Virus record (IMG/VR): IMGVR_UViG_3300029309_000050
Span: 1-55,857 of that record
Direction: 5' to 3' (one strand)
DNA from: a virus
Lineage: Duplodnaviria; Caudoviricetes
DNA length: 55,857 nucleotides
The notes beneath the pieces were generated by a model that did not search any database, was not told where the DNA came from, and worked only from the letters and a program-made list of their open reading frames with translations. Position numbers and translations under genes: made by a program. Shown piece by piece: positions 8,839-15,366 of the stretch; position 1 is the stretch's first letter, and each line of letters opens with the position of its first letter.

Positions 8839-8978
8839 GAAGGTTTACTCACTACGTCTTGCTCTCATGCGCATTTACCCTGGGAGCAATGGCGTTCACT
8901 GGAATAGGATATATGATATTCTTACTAGTGACTGGACAAATAGCAGATGTTCATATTGCTTGCGCAATCTGCGATTAA
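8835..8978 (+). CDS. Small membrane protein ending CAICD (47 aa, not in ORF track)
   Basis: MRRFTHYVLLSCAFTLGAMAFTGIGYMIFLLVTGQIADVHIACAICD; ATGA overlap with upstream stop. Confidence 0.65.
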   Translation: MRRFTHYVLLSCAFTLGAMAFTGIGYMIFLLVTGQIADVHIACAICD

Positions 8979-8991
8979 TCTTAACTAAGAA

Positions 8992-9127
8992 CGAGTTTGA
9001 AGCTATAGCCTGCAAAGACAGGGTTCATCTGAAAAGATATATAAGCGAGGTATAAAGTGACGTTAAGAGCTGAGACCCAAAGGCAAGATATGCGGAAAGC
9101 ATCACTCGGCACCGGAGGGTTTCGGTG
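8992..9127 (+). ncRNA. Putative structured ncRNA
   Basis: CGAGT/ACTCG closing stem, hairpins CCTG-caaaga-CAGG, TCT-GAAA-AGA, TGC-ggaaa-GCA, then CACCGGA/TTCGGTG; contains 15-mer shared with 11916. Confidence 0.5.
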
Positions 9128-9214
9128 TATAGCAAATGTATAGCATTGCGTATAGCATTCGGTGGATGCGGTATAAAGAGAATACGGAGTTTTTAATGTA
9201 TAGCATGTACAGCA
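9127..9214 (+). repeat. GTATAGCA direct repeats (iteron-like)
   Basis: Exact copies at 9127, 9138, 9150, 9198; GTACAGCA at 9207; also 8274. Confidence 0.7.
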
Positions 9215-9240
9215 AAAATCGCGCCGGAATTCTCACCGTA

Positions 9241-9282
9241 TGACGTATTGTCATATAAAGTTATTAACGTGACGTATTGTCA
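9241..9282. repeat. Two copies of TGACGTATTGTCA (TGAC-N5-GTCA palindrome)
   Basis: Exact 13-mer at 9241-9253 and 9270-9282. Confidence 0.75.
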
Positions 9283-9295
9283 GTAGGTAAATAGT

Positions 9296-9340
9296 GTGAC
9301 AAAAGCTACCTATTATTCTATATTATGTAGTAAATGTCAC
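9296..9340. repeat. Inverted-repeat site 2, GACA-N33-TGTCAC
   Basis: GTGACAaaAGC...ATGTCAC. Confidence 0.7.
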
Positions 9341-9422
9341 TATTTTTAACTATACTTACTACGAGACTTAGTATAATACTATATTTCCTTTTTATACTAT
9401 TAAACAAAGTAACTACTTTTAT

Positions 9423-9455
9423 ACATACTGAATACGTAAAGTAAAGGATAATATA
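9423..9455 (+). promoter_or_regulatory. Motif A copy 3
   Basis: ACATACTGAATACG-N9-GGATAATATA. Confidence 0.75.
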
Positions 9456-9468
9456 ATAAATTAGAAAT

Positions 9469-9759
9469 ATGAATATAAAACACTTAATAAATAAGGAAAT
9501 TGAAAACCATACTGACTTAGAGTATTGGGGAACAGAGGAAAATATAAATAATGAAAATATTATATTTGACTATGTATTAGATAATAATATAGTAAATCAA
9601 GATTGGTTTGACACTAAATTAAAATATACTAGTCCAGAGTTATTAGAGGAATTATTAAAAGTTGTAAAGTTTTTTGAAGCTCACCAACTAAGTAATGAAG
9701 AAATGAAAGATAAAGAATATATGGAAAGTTTACTTGAAAATTATAATGAAAATAAATAA
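9469..9759 (+). CDS. Early acidic hypothetical protein
   Basis: ORF directly after motif A. Confidence 0.65.
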   Translation: MNIKHLINKEIENHTDLEYWGTEENINNENIIFDYVLDNNIVNQDWFDTKLKYTSPELLEELLKVVKFFEAHQLSNEEMKDKEYMESLLENYNENK

Positions 9760-9768
9760 ATTCGAATA

Positions 9769-10035
9769 ATGGAAAAAAAATATATAAAATTAAGTATAGA
9801 TGGGTGGTATACCCAGGACGAAGAGTATGCAAAGAAATTTAATAACTCTTTAGTAAACAACGAAAGTATATACCATGAGATTGCAAAAAACTATATAATC
9901 TCAATGAATATAAAATACGGTGGTTTAGCTATGGTATCATTAGATGATTTCCTATGCGAATATGGCGATGATTTAAAATATGAGGATTTAAAGCTCGGTG
10001 AATCAATATTAAGATTATTTGATTTACGAACTTAA
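9769..10035 (+). CDS. Early hypothetical protein
   Basis: ORF; stop lies inside motif A copy 4. Confidence 0.65.
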   Translation: MEKKYIKLSIDGWYTQDEEYAKKFNNSLVNNESIYHEIAKNYIISMNIKYGGLAMVSLDDFLCEYGDDLKYEDLKLGESILRLFDLRT

Positions 10036-10058
10036 TACGAAATCTAAAGGATAATATA
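10026..10058 (+). promoter_or_regulatory. Motif A copy 4
   Basis: ACGAACTTAATACG-N9-GGATAATATA. Confidence 0.75.
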
Positions 10059-10079
10059 AGTGAATTTAAAAATTAAAAT

Positions 10080-10262
10080 ATGAATTTATCTTACCACATA
10101 TACTACAATAAAGAATTTAAAATCTATGACTTAGTAATTAAAAAAGACAACAAGCCTTTTTCTAACTACCATATTCATAACAAAAAAGATTTGATTAAAT
10201 TAATTAACAATAAAAACTATGACTACGAGTCAGATAAATATAGTGCTTATGAAATTAAATAA
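10080..10262 (+). CDS. Early hypothetical protein
   Basis: ORF after motif A. Confidence 0.55.
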   Translation: MNLSYHIYYNKEFKIYDLVIKKDNKPFSNYHIHNKKDLIKLINNKNYDYESDKYSAYEIK

Positions 10263-10458
10263 AGTAAATAACATGAAAGAGCTTTTAGAGTATGTAGCTA
10301 ACAAACAGAAAAAACAAACTCACGACCACTACGAAATAGTGAAAGTATATGGTCCTTGCAAAGGCATGGGTAATAGAAGATATAAAGTACCACAAAAAAG
10401 TACTTTTAGAAAAGGTAAAAGCTATGCTTATAATAAGAAATGGACGTACACGAACTAA
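10219..10458 (+). CDS. Early hypothetical protein (start uncertain)
   Basis: ORF; GPCKGMGNRRY motif; stop in motif A copy 5. Confidence 0.55.
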   Translation: MTTSQINIVLMKLNKVNNMKELLEYVANKQKKQTHDHYEIVKVYGPCKGMGNRRYKVPQKSTFRKGKSYAYNKKWTYTN

Positions 10459-10482
10459 ATACGACTAGTATTGGATAATATA
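10450..10482 (+). promoter_or_regulatory. Motif A copy 5
   Basis: ACGAACTAAATACG-N9-GGATAATATA. Confidence 0.75.
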
Positions 10483-10502
10483 ATAAATTAAATTAAATAA
10501 TA

Positions 10503-10745
10503 ATGAGTAGATTAAAAACACTTTATGATAGACTTAATACTAATTTAAAGTCTGAATTGCAAGCTAGCGCTAGAAAATATGACACAGCTAAGAGATTAAA
10601 GTATAAACTCATGAGTAGTACATTATGGTATGATTTATCAGTTGATGATATTAGCCAGTTAATGAGTTATTCAGGACTATATACAAATGAAGTAACTGCT
10701 AGTGATGTACTATATGGCACTAGATTTATTAAACAAGATAAATAA
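10503..10745 (+). CDS. Early hypothetical protein
   Basis: ORF after motif A. Confidence 0.65.
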   Translation: MSRLKTLYDRLNTNLKSELQASARKYDTAKRLKYKLMSSTLWYDLSVDDISQLMSYSGLYTNEVTASDVLYGTRFIKQDK

Positions 10746-10786
10746 GAGGAGCGCACTAAATTGGTAAGCCGGAATCCCAGTCCTCT

Positions 10787-10892
10787 TGCGTGTTATGGTA
10801 AATATCAAAAGCGTACACAAGGAATAAATGAGTGTATGTGCATTAAAAGTTCTGATGTAGGATAATGAGGTTCGAATCCTCAGCACGCGCTA
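10787..10892 (+). ncRNA. tRNA-like RNA 1 (acceptor stem + T-arm, no D stem or anticodon arm)
   Basis: TGCGTGT/GCACGCG stem, TGAGG-TTCGAAT-CCTCA T-arm, TATGGTA after acceptor strand, inner stems ATATCA/TGATGT and GCGTACAC/GTGTATGT. Confidence 0.6.
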
Positions 10893-10904
10893 AAAATTAA
10901 GAAT

Positions 10905-11132
10905 ATGAAGAAATTTAAAGATACTAAATTTAAAGAACTAGAAGCTAAAGGTTTAATCAGTGAAAAGCTTAAACAAATTGATACCTTTGAAGCTAAGTAT
11001 TCACCGTGCACCGAATCAAAAGCAATGAGAAAATGGTGTACTGATTATGAATATCGTAAAAGAGAATGGCAATTTAGAAATAGCGTTGCCGAATATGCAA
11101 AGTATAACGCACATAAAGCATTTATGAAATGA
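10905..11132 (+). CDS. Early hypothetical protein
   Basis: ORF with A-rich leader; KWCTDYEYRKREW. Confidence 0.65.
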   Translation: MKKFKDTKFKELEAKGLISEKLKQIDTFEAKYSPCTESKAMRKWCTDYEYRKREWQFRNSVAEYAKYNAHKAFMK

Positions 11133-11308
11133 ATAATTTAACAGATTATATGGCAGTCGGATTAGCCGAAGGCTTTGAAAAAGGTACTGAAGACCAAGTA
11201 ATTGAAGCTTGGCAGTACCTACACGACACAGGTTTAGCTTACAAACTACAAGGTTGGTTTGGTAGGACAGCTCAACGATTAATAGAACAAGGAATTATAA
11301 ATGAATAA
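11129..11308 (+). CDS. Small early protein (59 aa, not in ORF track)
   Basis: MNNLTDYMAVGLAEGF...AWQYLHDTGLAYKLQGWFGRTAQRLIEQGII; overlaps both neighbours by start/stop. Confidence 0.75.
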   Translation: MNNLTDYMAVGLAEGFEKGTEDQVIEAWQYLHDTGLAYKLQGWFGRTAQRLIEQGIINE

Positions 11309-11505
11309 TGAGAAAATTTGATAGATATAAAGAAAACTTAAGGCAAGTAGGTAATGAGATATATTCTTATTCTACAAACGTCGCAACAATTGAATACCCA
11401 AATTTAATACAACACGGTTGGTGGAGTGTTACAACTCAGAAACATATCAACTATGTTGCAAAAGAATTAGGTTTAACAATTAAAAAACCATATTTAGATG
11501 AGTAA
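11308..11505 (+). CDS. Early hypothetical protein
   Basis: IYSYSTNVA...WSVTTQKHINY motif. Confidence 0.7.
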   Translation: MRKFDRYKENLRQVGNEIYSYSTNVATIEYPNLIQHGWWSVTTQKHINYVAKELGLTIKKPYLDE

Positions 11506-11692
11506 AATGAAAGAACTAGAACACATTGCGGATTGCGTAGTAGATGTATTAGAAGAACATTTAGAACATAATATCGCTTGGGCGGTAGATGACACAATTG
11601 TAGATGGATTAGAGCACGACGAATTTGCCGATGCTATACATTATATCCGCAAAGCTGTAGTGCACAAACTAAATACGAAATACAATGGATAA
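11498..11692 (+). CDS. Early hypothetical protein
   Basis: ORF; ends within motif A copy 6. Confidence 0.6.
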   Translation: MSKMKELEHIADCVVDVLEEHLEHNIAWAVDDTIVDGLEHDEFADAIHYIRKAVVHKLNTKYNG

Positions 11693-11696
11693 TATA
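11664..11696 (+). promoter_or_regulatory. Motif A copy 6
   Basis: ACAAACTAAATACG-N9-GGATAATATA. Confidence 0.75.
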
Positions 11697-11701
11697 ATTG
11701 T

Positions 11702-11890
11702 ATGAAATGTAAATGTCAAAATATAATTCCGCCAGGTCGAGTAGCACTAGGTTACAATATATGTGTCAAGTGTAGTACCACACAACAATACAGCTATGTA
11801 CCTATAATAGCTAACAAGCAAGTACTCGAAGTACAAATTGTGTCACCCGAAGTAAGTGCTAGCGTGCACAAGGCTTGGCGAAGAAAATAA
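11702..11890 (+). CDS. Small zinc-finger protein (DksA/TraR-like C4 finger)
   Basis: CKC...IPPGRVALGYNICVKC resembles the IPxxRL...CxxC finger. Confidence 0.55.
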   Translation: MKCKCQNIIPPGRVALGYNICVKCSTTQQYSYVPIIANKQVLEVQIVSPEVSASVHKAWRRK

Positions 11891-11893
11891 AGG

Positions 11894-11952
11894 TGAAAAA
11901 GAAATAGGAGGCAATTTAAGAGCTGAGACCATTTGTCACACTAACTTTTTCA
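11894..11952 (+). ncRNA. Putative hairpin RNA element with shared 15-mer
   Basis: TGAAAAAG/CTTTTTCA outer stem, GGCAA/TTGTC inner stem, loop contains TTAAGAGCTGAGACC (11916-11930). Confidence 0.4.
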
Positions 11953-11955
11953 TAC

Positions 11956-12080
11956 AGGTGAGGTTTAAGGTTGGAAGACTAAAACGTCGTACCCACAAAT
12001 GCGTGGTCGTTGGCGTTGAAGTAAGAAAGACAGTATAAACAGAGAAATCGTACGCCATTCCAGTGCTGTCCGCCTCACCT
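11956..12080 (+). ncRNA. Putative structured ncRNA
   Basis: Perfect 8-bp closing stem AGGTGAGG/CCTCACCT; inner TGGCGT/ACGCCA and CCAC/GTGG. Confidence 0.45.
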
Positions 12081-12087
12081 TTTATAT

Positions 12088-12196
12088 AGACATGATATGG
12101 TATTAAAGAGATAACACTAATGTATGCTGGAACAGTTAAGACACACGCTATCGTATAAGAACTCTTACGCAGGTTCGACTCCTGCCATGTCTTCTA
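12088..12196 (+). ncRNA. tRNA-like RNA 2 (acceptor stem + T-arm, no D stem or anticodon arm)
   Basis: Perfect AGACATG/CATGTCT stem, GCAGG-TTCGACT-CCTGC T-arm, ATATGGTATT after acceptor strand, AAGAG/CTCTT connector helix. Confidence 0.65.
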
Positions 12197-12206
12197 AATT
12201 AAAATT

Positions 12207-12425
12207 ATGAAATACTTATTTATACTAGATTTTACAGACGGTAAAGTTTACAGATACAATATGAAAGACATGTGCCAGCTGTTAAACCTGACTGATTCTC
12301 ATCGTGTATGGTCTTTTCCAGATGACTTTGAAGATTTTATAGTTACTGAAGGTTTTTCACTCAGTAACGTAGAATGGATGGCAACTAACAGCGGTAAACT
12401 CTATACATATATGGACACAGACTAA
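12207..12425 (+). CDS. Early hypothetical protein
   Basis: MKYLFILDFTDGKVY...SNVEWM; stop in motif A copy 7. Confidence 0.7.
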   Translation: MKYLFILDFTDGKVYRYNMKDMCQLLNLTDSHRVWSFPDDFEDFIVTEGFSLSNVEWMATNSGKLYTYMDTD

Positions 12426-12449
12426 ACACGAAGTAATCTGGATAATATA
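12417..12449 (+). promoter_or_regulatory. Motif A copy 7
   Basis: ACAGACTAAACACG-N9-GGATAATATA. Confidence 0.75.
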
Positions 12450-12474
12450 ATTGTATGAAAAAAAAATGTAACAA

Positions 12475-12693
12475 ATGATATATAATAGTAATTTAAAAAA
12501 TAAAGCCTACGATAAAATTTACTCTAAAATACAAACAGTAAATAATGAAATTAAAGCTGATGAGTACGATATTAAAAACGGTTTAGTGACTAAATTTGTA
12601 CCTAAAGAGCTGCATATCAGTGCTTTAAACTTTAAGAAAAAAGAAAAAAAAATATATAAATACATACTTAAATTAATTAAAAATTATGGATAA
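12475..12693 (+). CDS. Early hypothetical protein
   Basis: ORF after motif A. Confidence 0.55.
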   Translation: MIYNSNLKNKAYDKIYSKIQTVNNEIKADEYDIKNGLVTKFVPKELHISALNFKKKEKKIYKYILKLIKNYG

Positions 12694-13147
12694 ATTTAAC
12701 TACGATGATGTCGTTCAAGCTTTAGAGGCCGACGGCATAATGCAAGAACCTGATGCGCCTTGGCTTCTTGAATATATACTTCAAGAGCATGGAGGCGAAT
12801 TAGATACCACTAGTGATTGGGCTAGAGGTTACGAAAGACTGCTAGTATACTCTGAGTCTACTGCAGATAGCTATGATGTATATGTGTGTACAGACAACCA
12901 TAATGGACCATCAGATTTTAGTAACGACGTATACTACTATGAAGACCATGAAGCTTGGTCTGAAAGAGTTCTTGACACCTTATTTCAAGGTTGCAATGTG
13001 TGGGTTGACAGTCACATTTGGGACGATATGGAATATGATTTCAATATCGTATTAGAGGAAGCTTGGATTGACATATACGAAGGCTTGCATGCGGACAAAG
13101 TATGCGAAATGGAATCCGACGGCGGAGAATATATTGAAGAAGAATAA
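12686..13147 (+). CDS. Highly acidic early protein (possible DNA mimic)
   Basis: Very high Asp/Glu content, almost no Lys/Arg. Confidence 0.65.
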   Translation: MDKFNYDDVVQALEADGIMQEPDAPWLLEYILQEHGGELDTTSDWARGYERLLVYSESTADSYDVYVCTDNHNGPSDFSNDVYYYEDHEAWSERVLDTLFQGCNVWVDSHIWDDMEYDFNIVLEEAWIDIYEGLHADKVCEMESDGGEYIEEE

Positions 13148-13148
13148 T

Positions 13149-13628
13149 ATGGCAACTAGAAATTTAACAATGGTAGTCGATAGATATCACTACGAAGACT
13201 TTACAGAAAGAATGATGGACATTACTCCACATTCTATGCAAGAATACAGCAGGGTTAATATGTACTTACACCATGATGGTTATCCAGAGTGGCAAGGCGT
13301 ACAATTAGCAAACTGGGTGCTTGCAAATAATAGACAAGATGGGGCAGCAATGGCGGCAAAGCTAGTGCACGATATGTATTATAGTAGTTGCTATTTATAT
13401 AATAGCCCTGACCAGATAGACCATCAATATACTTATATAGTATTTACAGATGATACTGACCCATTAATATATTGTTACGACCAATATACAGATAAAGAAG
13501 TATTTTGTTTAGAACCTAAAGATGTTATTAAAGAATATTTTGATAATATGGAATACACTAATTTTGCAGGTGGTGAAATTAGAAATGCACAGGAAAAACA
13601 AGAGTTTGATACTATAAGAACAAGCTAA
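13149..13628 (+). CDS. Early hypothetical protein
   Basis: MATRNLTMVV...YLHHDGYPEWQG motif; start moved to ATG 13149. Confidence 0.7.
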   Translation: MATRNLTMVVDRYHYEDFTERMMDITPHSMQEYSRVNMYLHHDGYPEWQGVQLANWVLANNRQDGAAMAAKLVHDMYYSSCYLYNSPDQIDHQYTYIVFTDDTDPLIYCYDQYTDKEVFCLEPKDVIKEYFDNMEYTNFAGGEIRNAQEKQEFDTIRTS

Positions 13629-13652
13629 ATACGTAAAAACATGGATAATATA
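13620..13652 (+). promoter_or_regulatory. Motif A copy 8
   Basis: ACAAGCTAAATACG-N9-GGATAATATA. Confidence 0.75.
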
Positions 13653-13655
13653 AAC

Positions 13656-13943
13656 ATGAATGAAGAGCAATACAAAGCTTTATATAATAAAATTAAAATA
13701 GATTTATATAATGAATTTATTAATCCTGAAACAGCTACTTATGGACTTGATGTCATACGACAACAGGAAGTTAAGGATAATAAACCTGATATTGCATATT
13801 TTAATGTCCCCCTTGAACAGCAAATTATATGGGACGAAATAAAACAGCTTGAAGTAGTAATGAAAAAATACGAGGATGACGAAGAATACGAAAAAGCTGG
13901 ATTCATAAAAAAAAGAATTGAAAATCTTAAAAAACAATTATGA
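13656..13943 (+). CDS. Protein with C-terminal UVR-like (UvrB/C) motif
   Basis: EDDEEYEKAGFIKKRIENL; start placed after motif A. Confidence 0.55.
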   Translation: MNEEQYKALYNKIKIDLYNEFINPETATYGLDVIRQQEVKDNKPDIAYFNVPLEQQIIWDEIKQLEVVMKKYEDDEEYEKAGFIKKRIENLKKQL

Positions 13944-14455
13944 ATATATTTTATTTACACGAAGACCCACGCTTGGCGGCTAGTTATGTATACGATAAGC
14001 ATAAAGTAAAAATGATTTTAGAATCAGCTCAAATGCTTTGCACTGCACATAGATATTATGGGAATGAAAATGTCCCCTATAAGACTGCACATTTAAACCA
14101 TCCGTCAAGTATTTGGGTTAGAGAAAATACACATCATTACTATTGGTTATACGAGCACATGCTAGCTTTAGGTAATGAATATACTAAACGATATGGCAAA
14201 AGGCATTTAACAATTACTAAATGTGCTGAGCCATTAATGAGGCACCCTGAGGGTATGCCAACTATAGAATATAAACAACCGCCTCAATGTATGCCAGACG
14301 AGTTCAAACGGTCTAATGCTATACATGGTTATTGGCGATATTATATTATTGATAAACGTAAAATTTGTAATAAAAATGAAATACCATATACTTTTAAAAC
14401 AGTTCCGACAGATGTTATGGATATGTACTATAGTGGTGTTTGTAGCATTAACTAG
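13940..14455 (+). CDS. Pyrimidine-dimer DNA glycosylase-like (DenV/Pyr_excise) protein
   Basis: MNIFYL...DKHKVKMILESAQML...HLNHPSSIWVRE...EYTKRYGKRH. Confidence 0.75.
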   Translation: MNIFYLHEDPRLAASYVYDKHKVKMILESAQMLCTAHRYYGNENVPYKTAHLNHPSSIWVRENTHHYYWLYEHMLALGNEYTKRYGKRHLTITKCAEPLMRHPEGMPTIEYKQPPQCMPDEFKRSNAIHGYWRYYIIDKRKICNKNEIPYTFKTVPTDVMDMYYSGVCSIN

Positions 14456-14591
14456 CTCCATAGCTACTATGATATGGTGCATTGGGCTACCAGCAGACGA
14501 ACATATACAGATAACAAACCGATACCTTAACTGGCCGGAAAAAGAGTGCTATTCAGCAACAGATTTAGAAATGATAATAGAAGGACCATAA
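14376..14591 (+). CDS. Small membrane protein (start uncertain)
   Basis: Hydrophobic helix followed by soluble tail; overlaps upstream gene end. Confidence 0.4.
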   Translation: MKYHILLKQFRQMLWICTIVVFVALTSSIATMIWCIGLPADEHIQITNRYLNWPEKECYSATDLEMIIEGP

Positions 14592-14701
14592 TGAGTAAAC
14601 AAAAAAAACATATTCAACATCAAATAAAGGTAAACCTTTTTGGTTTGAAAGATAAAATAAAACAGCTCAGAAAGCGAAGAGCGACAAGAGCTAATAAATA
14701 A
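14591..14701 (+). CDS. Small basic peptide (36 aa, not in ORF track)
   Basis: MSKQKKHIQHQIKVNLFGLKDKIKQLRKRRATRANK; TAATG overlap. Confidence 0.45.
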   Translation: MSKQKKHIQHQIKVNLFGLKDKIKQLRKRRATRANK

Positions 14702-14725
14702 TATTTAGTAATAAGCTAATGTCAC
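14681..14725. repeat. Inverted-repeat site 3, GACA-N33-TGTCAC
   Basis: GCGACAagAGC...ATGTCAC; right arm overlaps the ATG of the HTH gene. Confidence 0.7.
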
Positions 14726-15366
14726 AGGAAAGAAATATGAAGTGGCTTAATAATAATAGGGTTATATATAGAAGAAATCCCATTACGGATGTGCCAACCG
14801 AAAGTACTGATCTATATGATTATTACGCAGAAGGTACGTTTGAATGTTATAGTTTATTTAGAAGTAAAGCAAAAATAACAACATACAAATCTTTAAAATG
14901 GCACTTGCTAGTTATACATTATTTAAATTATGATGGCAATCCGCATCCGTATCAGTGGTTTAGCAAAGTAGCTAGGTTTATTGCTGATAAAGAAAATGGA
15001 TTTGTAACATTTTATATTAAATGGAAAATACTAGAACAAATGATATTAGATGTGATACTACAAGGAGATACGCCACCTCGTAATAGAATACGTAAGGTTA
15101 TATTTAAAGAAAAAGCAAGATTATTAACTTTAAGCGAAAAGCTAAGTATAGTTGGTAAATTAATAGGAAAAAGTAAAAGAGTAACTCAAGAAGATATTTA
15201 TGAGTGTATGATTGATTTAAATAGTAATAATAAAAAAATTACTATATCTAAGTTAGCAGACATGTTGAAATGCACAACAAGAACTATACATAGAAATATG
15301 GGAAACCAATTAAAAGCAGAAAAAGAATATTTAAATAAGGAATATGAAAAAATACAATATAGCTAA
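14719..15366 (+). CDS. DNA-binding protein with C-terminal HTH (possible replication initiator/regulator)
   Basis: KITISKLADMLKCTTRTIHRNM helix-turn-helix. Confidence 0.65.
   Translation: MSQERNMKWLNNNRVIYRRNPITDVPTESTDLYDYYAEGTFECYSLFRSKAKITTYKSLKWHLLVIHYLNYDGNPHPYQWFSKVARFIADKENGFVTFYIKWKILEQMILDVILQGDTPPRNRIRKVIFKEKARLLTLSEKLSIVGKLIGKSKRVTQEDIYECMIDLNSNNKKITISKLADMLKCTTRTIHRNMGNQLKAEKEYLNKEYEKIQYS

Noticed and set aside
8867-9055. 62-aa ORF from the track
   Set aside because: The overlapping frame 8835-8978 has translational coupling and a clear TM helix, and the 3' part overlaps a structured non-coding element
9063-9100. Hammerhead ribozyme or TPP riboswitch suggested by CTGAGA
   Set aside because: The remaining conserved cores (CUGAUGA...GAAA with three stems; TPP CCUGAU/GGGA elements) are not in the right arrangement
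10787-12196. Canonical tRNA genes or a full tmRNA
   Set aside because: No D stem or 7-nt anticodon loop at the proper spacing; too short for tmRNA, with no tag ORF and no G3:U70 pair
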